Part shown: positions 43,591 to 52,550 of the stretch, piece by piece
How the letters are laid out: each line of letters begins with the position of its first letter
Position numbering within the stretch: the first letter of the stretch is position 1
Source of the DNA: Solirubrobacteraceae bacterium
GTDB taxonomy: Bacteria; Actinomycetota; Thermoleophilia; Solirubrobacterales; Solirubrobacteraceae
Direction of reading: 5' to 3'
Length of the DNA: 64,000 nucleotides
Assembly: GCA_036389155.1 (NCBI GenBank)
Contig: DASVQN010000043.1
Location: 49,209-113,208 of the forward strand
Translations under genes and position numbers: made by a program
Notes under the pieces: generated by a model
Told to the model about the DNA's origin: nothing
What the model saw: the letters and a program-made list of their open reading frames with translations, nothing else
Databases searched by the model: none

Positions 43591-44943
43591 TCACACCCGA
43601 GCGCTCGCGGCGTAGCCGGCGGCGGTGATCTCCGCGCGCAGCGCCTTCAGCGCCGCCACGTAGATCTCCGAGAACGTCGGGAACGGCTGGATCGTGTCGT
43701 CGAGCACCGCGAGGGGCACGCGCGCGCGGATGGCGAGCGTCGCCTGCTGCAGCCACTCCCCCGCCTCCGGGCCCAGGGCGTACGCGCCGGTCAGCCGCTC
43801 GCCGTCGCTGAGGATCGTCAGGAACCCGTTCGACTCCGCGTACGCGCGGCTGTACGTCGCCGTCTTGGCCACCTCCCTGACCAGCGCGGTCGCGCTGAAG
43901 CGATCCTCGCCGACGCCGACGGCGGCGGCCTGCGGGTCGGTGAAGGTCACGCGCGGCACGGCGTCGTAGTTCGCCTCGCGCGGCTCCCCGCGCAGGTTCG
44001 CCGCGAGGACGTCCCCCTGGTACTTGCCGACGTGGGTCAGCGGCCAGATGCCGGTGACGTCGCCGACCGCGTACAGGCGCTCGCCGGCGCGCATGTGCGC
44101 GTCGACGGGGATGCCGTGCGCGTCCGGCTCGATGCCGACCGTCTCCAGGCCGATGCCCTCGACGCGCGGGCGCCGGCCGGTCGCCACGAGCAGGCGATCG
44201 CCGCGCAGCTCGCGCCCGTCCTCCAGCTCGAGGACGTAGTCGTCGCCGTCGCGGCGCGCGGCGCCGGCGTGCGTGCCGATCACGAGCTCGATGCCGTCGC
44301 TGCGCAGCGCGTCCGCGAGGGCCTCGCCCAGCGGCGCGGGGTCGCGGGAGAGGACGTGGTCGCCGCCCTCGAGCAGCACGACCTCGCCGCCGAGGCGGCG
44401 CACGGCCTGCGCCATCTCGACGCCGACCGGCCCGCCACCGAGCACGACCAGGCGGCGCGGGACGGCCTTCATGCCGGTCGCCTCCCGGTTCGTCCAGATG
44501 CCTTCGAGCTCGCGCAGGCCGGGGATCGGCGGGACGAACGGGTCGGCGCCGACCGCGACGACGACGTGGTCGGCGGTGTGGCGCACGCCGTCGACCTCGA
44601 CCACGCCGGTCCCGGCCAGGCGGCCGCTCCCGCGCAGCAGGTCGATCCCGTTGTCGGCCAGCCACGTCTCCTGCCCGGCGTCGGAGTAGTCGGACACCAT
44701 GAAGTCGCGCCAGGCGAGGACCTTCTCGACGTCGATCTCCGCCGTCGCCTCCGCGTCGCGTGCCGCCTTCACGGCCTCGCCCTGGCGCAGCAGGGTCTTG
44801 GACGGGATGCACGCCCAGTAGGAGCACTCGCCGCCGACCAGCTCGCGCTCGACGAGGGCGACCCGAAGGCCGCCCTCTGCGATCGCCGCGGCGGTGTGCT
44901 CTCCCGGCGACCCGCCGCCGATGACGATCACGTCGTAGTCCAT
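43591..44943 (-). CDS. pyridine nucleotide-disulfide oxidoreductase (class I, mercuric/glutathione/mycothione-reductase-like)
   Basis: An ATG at 44943 follows GGAGGA. FAD motif VIVIGGGSPGE and redox-active GGECSYWACIPSK. There is no NmerA or C-terminal Cys pair visible, so I do not call it MerA. Confidence 0.85.
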   Translation of the reverse strand: MDYDVIVIGGGSPGEHTAAAIAEGGLRVALVERELVGGECSYWACIPSKTLLRQGEAVKAARDAEATAEIDVEKVLAWRDFMVSDYSDAGQETWLADNGIDLLRGSGRLAGTGVVEVDGVRHTADHVVVAVGADPFVPPIPGLRELEGIWTNREATGMKAVPRRLVVLGGGPVGVEMAQAVRRLGGEVVLLEGGDHVLSRDPAPLGEALADALRSDGIELVIGTHAGAARRDGDDYVLELEDGRELRGDRLLVATGRRPRVEGIGLETVGIEPDAHGIPVDAHMRAGERLYAVGDVTGIWPLTHVGKYQGDVLAANLRGEPREANYDAVPRVTFTDPQAAAVGVGEDRFSATALVREVAKTATYSRAYAESNGFLTILSDGERLTGAYALGPEAGEWLQQATLAIRARVPLAVLDDTIQPFPTFSEIYVAALKALRAEITAAGYAASARV

Positions 44944-45000
44944 CTTGTCCTCCGTCGTTCGGTGCTGCATGAAGGGGGGCACGTCCGCGCGACTCCCTGT

Positions 45001-47766
45001 CTAGGCGGGCACGGCGGTGGGCAGCGCCCGTCGCAGCTGCCTGCGCGAGCTGATGTCGAGCTTGCTGAACACCTTGTGCAGGTGCCATTCGACCGTTCGC
45101 GGGCTGATGAACAGCTGCGCGCCGATCTCCGGGTTCGTGTGGCCCTCGGCGGCCAGGCGCGCGATCTGCACCTCCTGGGGCGTGAGGTCGTCGAGCGTGT
45201 CGGCGGTGCGCTTGCGCGCCGTCTCCCCGGTGGCGACGAGCTCGCGGCGGGCGCGCTCGCCCCACGCCTCGTTGCCCATGCCGACGAACATCCGGTGCGC
45301 GGTGCGCAGCTGCTCGCGCGCGTCGACGCGCCGCCCCTCGCGGCGCAGCCACTCGCCGTAGAGCAGGTGCGCGCGGGCGTGCGCCACGCGGATGCGCGTG
45401 CGCCCGAGGCGCTCGACCGACTCGCGGTGCAGGCGCTCGGCCTCCTCGCCCTCGGCGAGCAGGCAGCCGGCGCGCGCGGCGAGGCCCAGCGCCCAGTCCG
45501 TCCCGCAGGCGCGCGCGTTCTCCTCCAGCCGCCGCAGCGGCTCGACCGCCCGCTCGGCGTTGCCGCTGCGCACGGCGGCCTCGATCAGCTCGGCCGACGC
45601 CCACGTCGAGAGCCCCGCCTCCGAGGGCCGCTCGGCGGCGCGGTCCGCCGCGGCCAGCGCGTCCTGGTAGCGGCCGAGCCCGAGCAGGAGGATCGAGCGC
45701 GTCCACTCGGTGTCGGTGATCCACAGCCCCTCGCCGCGCTGCAGCACGTCCTGTCGCGCCGCCTCGATCAGGGCATCGACCTCCGCCTCCCGCCGTCGCC
45801 ACACCGCCAGCCAGATCGCCGCGCCCGGGTTCAGGCGGCTGTGCGTGGCCTCGATCACCGCGTCCGCCTCGGCGAGCGTGGCCGTCGCGTCCATCAGGTT
45901 GCCGGTCACGAGCTGGACGCCGAAGCGCTCGTTCAGCGCGCTCGGCAGCAGCGCGAGCGCGCCGGCGCGGCGCGCGAGCCGCACCTGGCGCTCGGAGAGC
46001 TCGTCGAGGCTCACGTCGTCGCACACCGCCCGCGCCACGCGGCACGCCAGCCACAGCCAGCGCAGCGCGTCCTCCTCGGCCATCGGCTCGTCGCGGAAGG
46101 CCGCCAGCGCGCGGTGCAGCGCCGGCGCGCCGGCGGGGTAGCCCTCGGTGGTGAGGACGGCGACGCCCTCCAGCAGCAGGTCGGCCGCCCGCGGGGCCCC
46201 GCGCGACGGGCGGTCCGCTGCCAGCACGGCCTCGGCGACCTCGCGCACGCCGCCCTCCTCCGCCAGGCGGCCGGCGGAGAACGCCGCGGCGTAGGCGTCG
46301 AGGTAGGTCTCGCGCGCGAGCGTCGCGTCGAGCGGCTCCAGCCGCCTCGCCGCCTTGAGCAGGAGCGGCGGAGCGTCGCGCCCGCGCGTCACCGCGAACG
46401 CGATGCGAGCGCGCAGCAGCTCGGCGCGCGCGCGGTCGAGCTCGGAGAGCGGCCCGGACTCCGCCATCGCCAGGAGCTGCAGGGCCGCGTCGGGGGCGCC
46501 CGCGTCGTGCTTGCCCTGCGCAGCGGCGAGCGCGCGGTGCGCCCGGCGCGCGGGGTCCGGCGTCAGCTCGGCCGCGCGCTCGTGGAACGCGGCCGCCGCG
46601 GCCATCCCGCCGCGGGCGCGGGCCCGGTCGGCGGATCGCTCGAGCTCGGCGGCGACGTCCTCGTCGAGCCCCGGCGTCGCCTGCGCGCGATGCCACGCGC
46701 GGCGGTCGGGATCGGTCTCGGGATCGGTGGCCTCGGCGAGGGCACGATGCGCCGCCTGGCGCTCCTCGGGCGACGCGCCGCGGTTGACCGCGGAGCGCAC
46801 GAGCGGGTGGCGGAAGCGCACCTGCACGCCGAGCTCGAGCAGCCGCGCCTCCGCCGCGGGCGCGCCGGCGCCCACCCCGACGCCCAGGCGCTCGGCCGCG
46901 CGCCACACGAGCAGCGGGTCGCCGACGGGCTCGGCCGCGGCGACGAGCATCAGCTTGCGCGTGGCCTCCGGGAGCGGCGCCAGGCGGCGCCGGAAGCTCT
47001 CCTCGATCCGGCTCGGCAGCGGCGCGGCGCCGGGCAGGCCGAACCCGCCCGCCAGCTCCTCGTGCGCCATCCCGCGCGGCAGCTCGAGCAGCGCGAGCGG
47101 GTTGCCGCGCGTCTCGGCCACGAAGCGGTTGCGCACGCCCTCGTCGAGCGGGCCGGTGACGACCGAGTCGAGCAGCGCCCGCGCCTCGTCGTCGGCCAGG
47201 CCCCCGAGCACCAGCTCCGGCAGCCCCGGCAGCTCCCGCTCGCCGCCCGACTCCCGGACCGCGAACACCAGCCCGAGCGGCTCGGCCTGCAGCCGCCGGG
47301 CCAGGAACGAGAGCGCCTGGGCCGACGCGCGGTCGAGCCACTGCGCGTCGTCGACCACGCAGACGAGCGGGCGCTCCTCGGCGACGTCGCACAGCAGGCT
47401 GAGGACGGCCAGGCCGACGAGGAAGCGGTCGGGCGCGTCGCCGCCACGCATCCCGAAGGCGGTGGCCAGCGCCTCGCGCTGTGGCTCCGGCAGCCGCTCG
47501 ACGCGATCGAGGAAGGGTGCGCAGAGCTGGTGCAGGCCGGCGAACGCAAGCTCCATCTCCGACTCGACGCCGGCCGCCCGCGCGCAGCGACAGCCCGACG
47601 CGCGGCCGACGAGGTACTCGAGCAGCGCGCTCTTCCCGACGCCCGCCTCGCCGCGCAGCACGAGCACCTGGCTGCTGCCCGCCCGCACCGTCGCGACGAG
47701 CTGGTCCAGGGCCTCGCACTCGGTGCGCCGGCCGCGCAGCGCCGGTGCGGAGACAGATGACGGCAT
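45001..47766 (-). CDS. LAL-type (large ATP-binding) LuxR family transcriptional regulator
   Basis: N-terminal Walker A GEAGVGKS, a long helical/TPR-like middle region, and C-terminal LuxR HTH LTPQEVQIARLAAEGHTNPEIGAQLFISPRTVEWHLHKVFSKL. Confidence 0.85.
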   Translation of the reverse strand: MPSSVSAPALRGRRTECEALDQLVATVRAGSSQVLVLRGEAGVGKSALLEYLVGRASGCRCARAAGVESEMELAFAGLHQLCAPFLDRVERLPEPQREALATAFGMRGGDAPDRFLVGLAVLSLLCDVAEERPLVCVVDDAQWLDRASAQALSFLARRLQAEPLGLVFAVRESGGERELPGLPELVLGGLADDEARALLDSVVTGPLDEGVRNRFVAETRGNPLALLELPRGMAHEELAGGFGLPGAAPLPSRIEESFRRRLAPLPEATRKLMLVAAAEPVGDPLLVWRAAERLGVGVGAGAPAAEARLLELGVQVRFRHPLVRSAVNRGASPEERQAAHRALAEATDPETDPDRRAWHRAQATPGLDEDVAAELERSADRARARGGMAAAAAFHERAAELTPDPARRAHRALAAAQGKHDAGAPDAALQLLAMAESGPLSELDRARAELLRARIAFAVTRGRDAPPLLLKAARRLEPLDATLARETYLDAYAAAFSAGRLAEEGGVREVAEAVLAADRPSRGAPRAADLLLEGVAVLTTEGYPAGAPALHRALAAFRDEPMAEEDALRWLWLACRVARAVCDDVSLDELSERQVRLARRAGALALLPSALNERFGVQLVTGNLMDATATLAEADAVIEATHSRLNPGAAIWLAVWRRREAEVDALIEAARQDVLQRGEGLWITDTEWTRSILLLGLGRYQDALAAADRAAERPSEAGLSTWASAELIEAAVRSGNAERAVEPLRRLEENARACGTDWALGLAARAGCLLAEGEEAERLHRESVERLGRTRIRVAHARAHLLYGEWLRREGRRVDAREQLRTAHRMFVGMGNEAWGERARRELVATGETARKRTADTLDDLTPQEVQIARLAAEGHTNPEIGAQLFISPRTVEWHLHKVFSKLDISSRRQLRRALPTAVPA

Positions 47767-47818
47767 GCCCGTCCGACGCTACACGGGCCGCGTCGCACCA
47801 GGTTGTGGAGCTTGGCCG

Positions 47819-48316
47819 TCAGGCCGCGTCCGCCCGCAGCTCGGTCTCCTCGTCGAGCGCGTGGCGCAGCAGCCGGCCTTCCTCGTCGGCGACGTACGCG
47901 CCCATCCGGCGCAACGCGGGCGAGTAGGCGTGGAGGGTCACCGCCGGCTCGGTCCCCATGTGACGCACGCGGTGGATGTCCGCCGCTCCGAACTCGAGCA
48001 CGTCGCCGGGCGCGTAGACGGCGCGCGCGGGGACGTCGAGCAGGCGCAGGCGCTCCTCGCCGATGTGGCCCTCGAGCACCGCCACCGCGCCGGCCGACCC
48101 GTCGTGGTCGTGGAACCCGGTGTCGTGCCCGGGCATCCAGCAGATGAGCCAGACCGTCACGTGCTCGTCGGCGACGAGGCGGTGGAAGGTGCGCTGCGCT
48201 GGATCGTGCCGGACGTGCGCGCGCCAGAGCTCCGGCCGCTCGCGCAGCCACAGGGCGAGCGCCCGCAGCTCGTCGCCGACCAGGTCGCGGCCCGCGGGCA
48301 GCGGCGGCCGGGTCAC
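47819..48316 (-). CDS. cysteine dioxygenase type I-like cupin
   Basis: A GTG at 48316 overlaps the upstream stop (GTGA). The metal motif reads WMPGHDTGFHDHDGSAGAVAVLEG...HRVRH. Confidence 0.8.
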   Translation of the reverse strand: MTRPPLPAGRDLVGDELRALALWLRERPELWRAHVRHDPAQRTFHRLVADEHVTVWLICWMPGHDTGFHDHDGSAGAVAVLEGHIGEERLRLLDVPARAVYAPGDVLEFGAADIHRVRHMGTEPAVTLHAYSPALRRMGAYVADEEGRLLRHALDEETELRADAA

Positions 48317-49221
48317 GCCGCCACCGCCGCCGGTCGCAGCCGCAGCAGCGCCGCGGGGTTGTCCTCGACGATCGCCCTGCGCAGCGGGCCGGCCAGCGGC
48401 GCCGGCTCCGCGTAGGGCCAGTCCGAGCCGTGGACCAGCGCCTCCGGCCCCACGGCCCGCAGCATCGCGTCGACGGCGACCGGCCCGTACGAGGAGGTGT
48501 CGTAGAAGGTGAGCGGGTCGCTGAGCGCCGCGCGCACCGGGGCTCGGTCGACGCGGGCGCCGAGGCGCTCGGCGTGGAGCGGCGCCAGGCCGGCGAGCGC
48601 GGCGAAGACCACGCGCAGGGCCGGGTGGCGCGCCCGCCCGTGCAGCGCCCACGCGTGCCACGCGTCGGAGAGCGAGGCCACGTACGAGGTCATCGGCGCG
48701 AGCCACGTGCCGGCCGCGCTCGCGCCCGGATGCACGAGCAGCGGCGCGTCGCGCGCGGCGAGGCGCTCGAGCAGCGGCCCGACGTGATCGAGCGCGGCGG
48801 GCGTGCCGATCGCGTCGGCCGGCAGCGTGACGCCGATCCGCCCGCGGTCGAGCACGCGGTCCACGTCGCGCGGGTCGGGCTCGGCGAGCGGGACCGAGCC
48901 CCACGACGACAGCCGCCGCGGCAGCGCGGCGACGTCGGCGTCCCATGCGTCGAGCACCTCCCGGGCCTCGTCGGGGGGGAGCGTCTCGACGCCGAGCGCC
49001 GTCGAGAGGGCGACGATCGCGATGTCGACGCCGAAGTCGTCGAGGACGGCGGCGCGCCGGTCGGCCTCGTGTGGGTCGCGCGGAAGGGGGAAGGGCGGCT
49101 CGCCCGCCAGCTCGAGCTGCCAGCCGCGGTCGCGGGACCGCAGCCGGGGGGCGGCCGTGCGCCGCGCCAGCGCGGCGTAGACCCCTTCTGTCCAGAGGTG
49201 CTGGTGGACGTCGACTCGCAT
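48313..49221 (-). CDS. amidohydrolase family 2 (ACMSD-like) protein
   Basis: The metal motif MRVDVHQHLW is at the N-terminus. 302 aa. Confidence 0.8.
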   Translation of the reverse strand: MRVDVHQHLWTEGVYAALARRTAAPRLRSRDRGWQLELAGEPPFPLPRDPHEADRRAAVLDDFGVDIAIVALSTALGVETLPPDEAREVLDAWDADVAALPRRLSSWGSVPLAEPDPRDVDRVLDRGRIGVTLPADAIGTPAALDHVGPLLERLAARDAPLLVHPGASAAGTWLAPMTSYVASLSDAWHAWALHGRARHPALRVVFAALAGLAPLHAERLGARVDRAPVRAALSDPLTFYDTSSYGPVAVDAMLRAVGPEALVHGSDWPYAEPAPLAGPLRRAIVEDNPAALLRLRPAAVAA

Positions 49222-49285
49222 GCCGACACTTATACCGAATTCCCAATCGAATTTGTGGGCTTATGCCTTCGTAGCCTGATCGCGT

Positions 49286-50476
49286 GTGATGCGTCGGCTC
49301 GATCCCGAGCTGCGGCTGCGAGCCGCGAGCTTCCTGTCGAGCTTCGACCGCTTCACCATCCCGCCGCTGATCGTCCCGATCCATCGCGACTTCGGGATCT
49401 CGCTCGGACACGCCGCCGTCCTGGCCAGCGCGTACTTCGTGACCTACGGCGTCAGCCAGCCGCTGTGGGGCGCGCTGTCGGATCGGGTCGGGCGCGCCGC
49501 GGTCCTGCGGTTCGCTGTGCTGGCCGGCGGCCTGGCGTCGGTGGTCGCGACGGTCGCGCCCGGCTTCGCCGTCCTGCTCGTCGCGCGAACGCTCGCCGGC
49601 CTGTTCTTCGCGGCCGTCGTCCCGACCGCCATCACCTACCTCGGCGACACCGTCGCGGACGCACGGCGCCAGCACGCGCTCGTGCTGCTGATGGCGAGCG
49701 CGACGAGCGGCCTGGCGATCGCGACCGTCGCGAGCGGCGTCGCCGCCGAGGTCGTCGGCTGGCGCGCGGCGTTCGGCGCGTCCGCGGTCGTGTCGGTCGT
49801 CGTGACCGTCGTGCTCTGGCGGCTGCCCGAGCCGGCCGTCGACCGCGGCAGCGGCTCGCTCGCCGCGCGCGTCCGGTCGGTGCTCGCGCAGCGATGGGTG
49901 CTCGTCGTCGTCGGGCTCGCCTTCCTCGAGGGGTCGGTGATCTTCGGCTCGCTGACCTTCGTGGCGGCGTCGCTGCAGCAGGACGGCGTCAGCGCCTCGC
50001 TCGCCGGGTCGGCCGCCGCGGGGTTCGGCCTGGCGAACCTGCTCTGCACCCCGCTCGTCACGCGCGCGATCACGCGCGTGTCGTCGCCGCGGCTGATCGG
50101 CGGCGGCGCGGCGATGGCGGCCGCCGGCCTGACCCTCGCGGCGGTCGGCTCGACCGTCGCCACGGCCGTCGTCGCGACCCTCGCGCTCGGCGCCGGGTTC
50201 GGCTTCCTGCACTCGACGCTCCAGCTGTGGGCGACGCAGGTCCATCCCGAGGCGCGGGCGCTCAGCGTCTCGCTCTTCGCCAGCGCGATCTTCGTCGGCG
50301 GGGCCGCGGCGAGCGCCGCCGCGGCGCCCCTCGCGGACGCCGACCGCTTCGCGCTCATCTTCGCCCTCTCCGCCGTCCTCGCCGGCGTGCTCGCGGTCGC
50401 CGGCGCGACGCTGCGCGCGCGCTACGTCGTGCAGGAGGAGGGGCCGTCGCGCGAGGCCACGGCCGTCGCGCTGTGA
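49286..50476 (+). CDS. MFS transporter
   Basis: 12-TM-like profile with the GALSDRVGR motif in loop 2-3. It is divergent from the amidohydrolase/CDO operon. Confidence 0.85.
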   Translation: MMRRLDPELRLRAASFLSSFDRFTIPPLIVPIHRDFGISLGHAAVLASAYFVTYGVSQPLWGALSDRVGRAAVLRFAVLAGGLASVVATVAPGFAVLLVARTLAGLFFAAVVPTAITYLGDTVADARRQHALVLLMASATSGLAIATVASGVAAEVVGWRAAFGASAVVSVVVTVVLWRLPEPAVDRGSGSLAARVRSVLAQRWVLVVVGLAFLEGSVIFGSLTFVAASLQQDGVSASLAGSAAAGFGLANLLCTPLVTRAITRVSSPRLIGGGAAMAAAGLTLAAVGSTVATAVVATLALGAGFGFLHSTLQLWATQVHPEARALSVSLFASAIFVGGAAASAAAAPLADADRFALIFALSAVLAGVLAVAGATLRARYVVQEEGPSREATAVAL

Positions 50477-50479
50477 GGG

Positions 50480-52405
50480 TCAGCGCGCGCGGACGGTGAG
50501 CGTGCGCGCGTCGTGCGGCAGCAGCTGCGGCGTCCCGAGGAAGCGCGAGCGCAGCGTCAGCCGGCCCGAGCCGAGGCGGCGCCGGCTCGTGAACCTGAGC
50601 CTCAGGGACCACGTGCACGACGCGCGCACGCGGACGGCTCGGGTCGTCACGACCCTGCGGCCCGAGCGCACGGTGACGCGGACCCGCCCGCCGCACGCCG
50701 CCCCGCCCGGCGGGGTGAGGCGGCCGCGGACGACGAAGACGAACGGGGCGCGGCGGTCGCGGCGCGGCGTGACGCGGGCCGTGAAGCCGCGCACCGCCCT
50801 GCGCGCGCCCGGCGCCGGGGAGGGCGTGACGACGCTGCCGGGCGGCGTCGCGCTCGGCGGGGCCGGCGGCGGCGCGCCGCCGCCCGGAGGCGCGGGCGCC
50901 AGGGGGACGTTCCCGGTCGCCGGGTCGAGCACGAGCTTCGGCGCGCGTGTCGCGCCCGCGGAGAAGTCGAGGAGGGTCGTGAGCGCGGGCTTGCCGCTCG
51001 GGATGTCGTCGAACGAGCTGTCGCCGATCCGCCCGGTCTCCCAGTTGTCCTCGATGAAGCGCAGGATCGCCGTCTGGTCGCGCACGGTGTGCGACACCTT
51101 GTTCACCGGCGCATACGGCGAGACGACGAGCAGCGGCAGCCGCGGGCCGTAGCCGCAGCGCAGCCCGTAGCCGCCGGCGATCGGCGGCGAGTCCGGGCCG
51201 TGGCATTGGCCGTCGCCGTCGAGCTTGTCGTACGTGGGGTCGGCGGAGCTGTTGACGATCGGGCTCGCGGCGTGGTCGTACCAGCCGTCGGAGTCGTCGT
51301 ACGCGACGACGATCGCGGCGTCGGACCAGATCGAGGACGCCTGGATGGCGTTGATCGTCTCCACGAGGAAGCGCTGCTCGTCGAGCGGGCCGGAGTAGCC
51401 CGCGTGGCCGTCCTGCGAGGCCGGCGGCTTGAGGAACGACACCGCCGGGACGTTCCCGGTCTCGAGCGCCGTGTGGAAGTCGGCGAGGTCGTACTGATGG
51501 TTGACGTCCGCCTCGTCGTGCCCTATGAGCTCCGCGGACGCGGGTGCCTTGTGCGTCGGGTTGCGCGTGGCGGCGTAGTACTGGAACGGCTGGTGGTGGG
51601 CGCTGTAGTCCCTGACGAGCGTGCCCGCCGCGTTGGCGTGGGCCGCGCCGCAGACGGCGCGCCCGCCGGCGTCGACGCCGGTCGGGCGGAAGCCGCCCTG
51701 GAACCAGCCCCAGGTGACGCCCTTGGCGCTCAGCAGCATCCCGATGTTCGTCGCCGGCGGTCCGAAGGTGATCGTGCTCCCGGCGTCGTGGCTGCCGCAG
51801 TCGTCGCCCGCGGGGTCGGGGTCGCCGATCACCGTCCCGCCGACGACCTCGCCGGCGATGTCCGGCGCCGCGCCGTGGGTGTTCCCGCTGACGAGGTTGA
51901 TGTGGCCGGAGAGCGACGGCCCGAAGACGGTGCCGAAGAAGGTGTCGCTCATCGCGTAGTGCTGGGCGTAGTTCCACAGCGCCGTCACCGTGTTGCCGTC
52001 GTAGTAGCCCATCCCCGTGGTGCCGCCGCACGACGTGGCCTCGACGAACAGGTCCATTGCCCCCGCGTGGAAGGCCTGCTGCTCGGCGCTGTACGCATGG
52101 TCGTTGTCGCACGTGACCGCCTGCGTGCGGCTCAGGCGGAAGGGGTTCGCGCTGTTGGGGTTGTCAGTCAGCAGCGAGCCGCTCAGCCCGTCGACCGCGG
52201 GCGTGCCCGCGGCGGCGCTGAAGTGCGGGTCGCCGTCAGGGTTGGCGGCGTCGGGATACGTCGCGAAGTAGTGGTCGAACGAGACGTTCTCGTCGTAGAT
52301 GACGATCAGGTGCCCGATCGGCGTCGTCGCGGCGGAGGCCCGCGCCGCGAGCGCGGTGCAGGCGAGAAGGACGCAGAGCCCGACGAGGGCGACACGGCCG
52401 GACAT
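50480..52405 (-). CDS. secreted phosphoesterase family protein (phospholipase C / AcpA-like, PF04185-type) with Arg-rich C-terminal extension
   Basis: An ATG at 52405 gives a signal peptide (MSGRVALVGLCVLLACTALAARASA). HLIVIYDENVSFDHYFATYP matches the phosphoesterase motif. The C-terminal about 105 aa are Arg-rich. Confidence 0.85.
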   Translation of the reverse strand: MSGRVALVGLCVLLACTALAARASAATTPIGHLIVIYDENVSFDHYFATYPDAANPDGDPHFSAAAGTPAVDGLSGSLLTDNPNSANPFRLSRTQAVTCDNDHAYSAEQQAFHAGAMDLFVEATSCGGTTGMGYYDGNTVTALWNYAQHYAMSDTFFGTVFGPSLSGHINLVSGNTHGAAPDIAGEVVGGTVIGDPDPAGDDCGSHDAGSTITFGPPATNIGMLLSAKGVTWGWFQGGFRPTGVDAGGRAVCGAAHANAAGTLVRDYSAHHQPFQYYAATRNPTHKAPASAELIGHDEADVNHQYDLADFHTALETGNVPAVSFLKPPASQDGHAGYSGPLDEQRFLVETINAIQASSIWSDAAIVVAYDDSDGWYDHAASPIVNSSADPTYDKLDGDGQCHGPDSPPIAGGYGLRCGYGPRLPLLVVSPYAPVNKVSHTVRDQTAILRFIEDNWETGRIGDSSFDDIPSGKPALTTLLDFSAGATRAPKLVLDPATGNVPLAPAPPGGGAPPPAPPSATPPGSVVTPSPAPGARRAVRGFTARVTPRRDRRAPFVFVVRGRLTPPGGAACGGRVRVTVRSGRRVVTTRAVRVRASCTWSLRLRFTSRRRLGSGRLTLRSRFLGTPQLLPHDARTLTVRAR

Positions 52406-52550
52406 CCGTGTCGCACGGGTCACCGCCGCCCACCGTACAGGCCCCGGGCCGGAGCGGCGGTTTACCGGATGGCTGCCGGGCGGCAACCGGCCTCGGATCT
52501 GCTCCTTCCCAGAGCCGCTGCGGCGACCACCAGCCAAGGAGCAACCCCGC

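Noticed and set aside
42965-47760. A 1584-aa minus ORF and a 1403-aa plus ORF spanning the oxidoreductase and LuxR region.
   Set aside because: They have the same Arg/Ala/Gly/Pro junk composition. The true genes (43591..44943 and 45001..47766) lie in a different frame and have clear Walker A, CxxxxC and HTH motifs.
45001-47766. The large Walker-A NTPase as a STAND-type antiviral sensor (Avs-like).
   Set aside because: It ends in a canonical LuxR HTH, which is the standard LAL-family transcription-regulator architecture. No effector domain is present.
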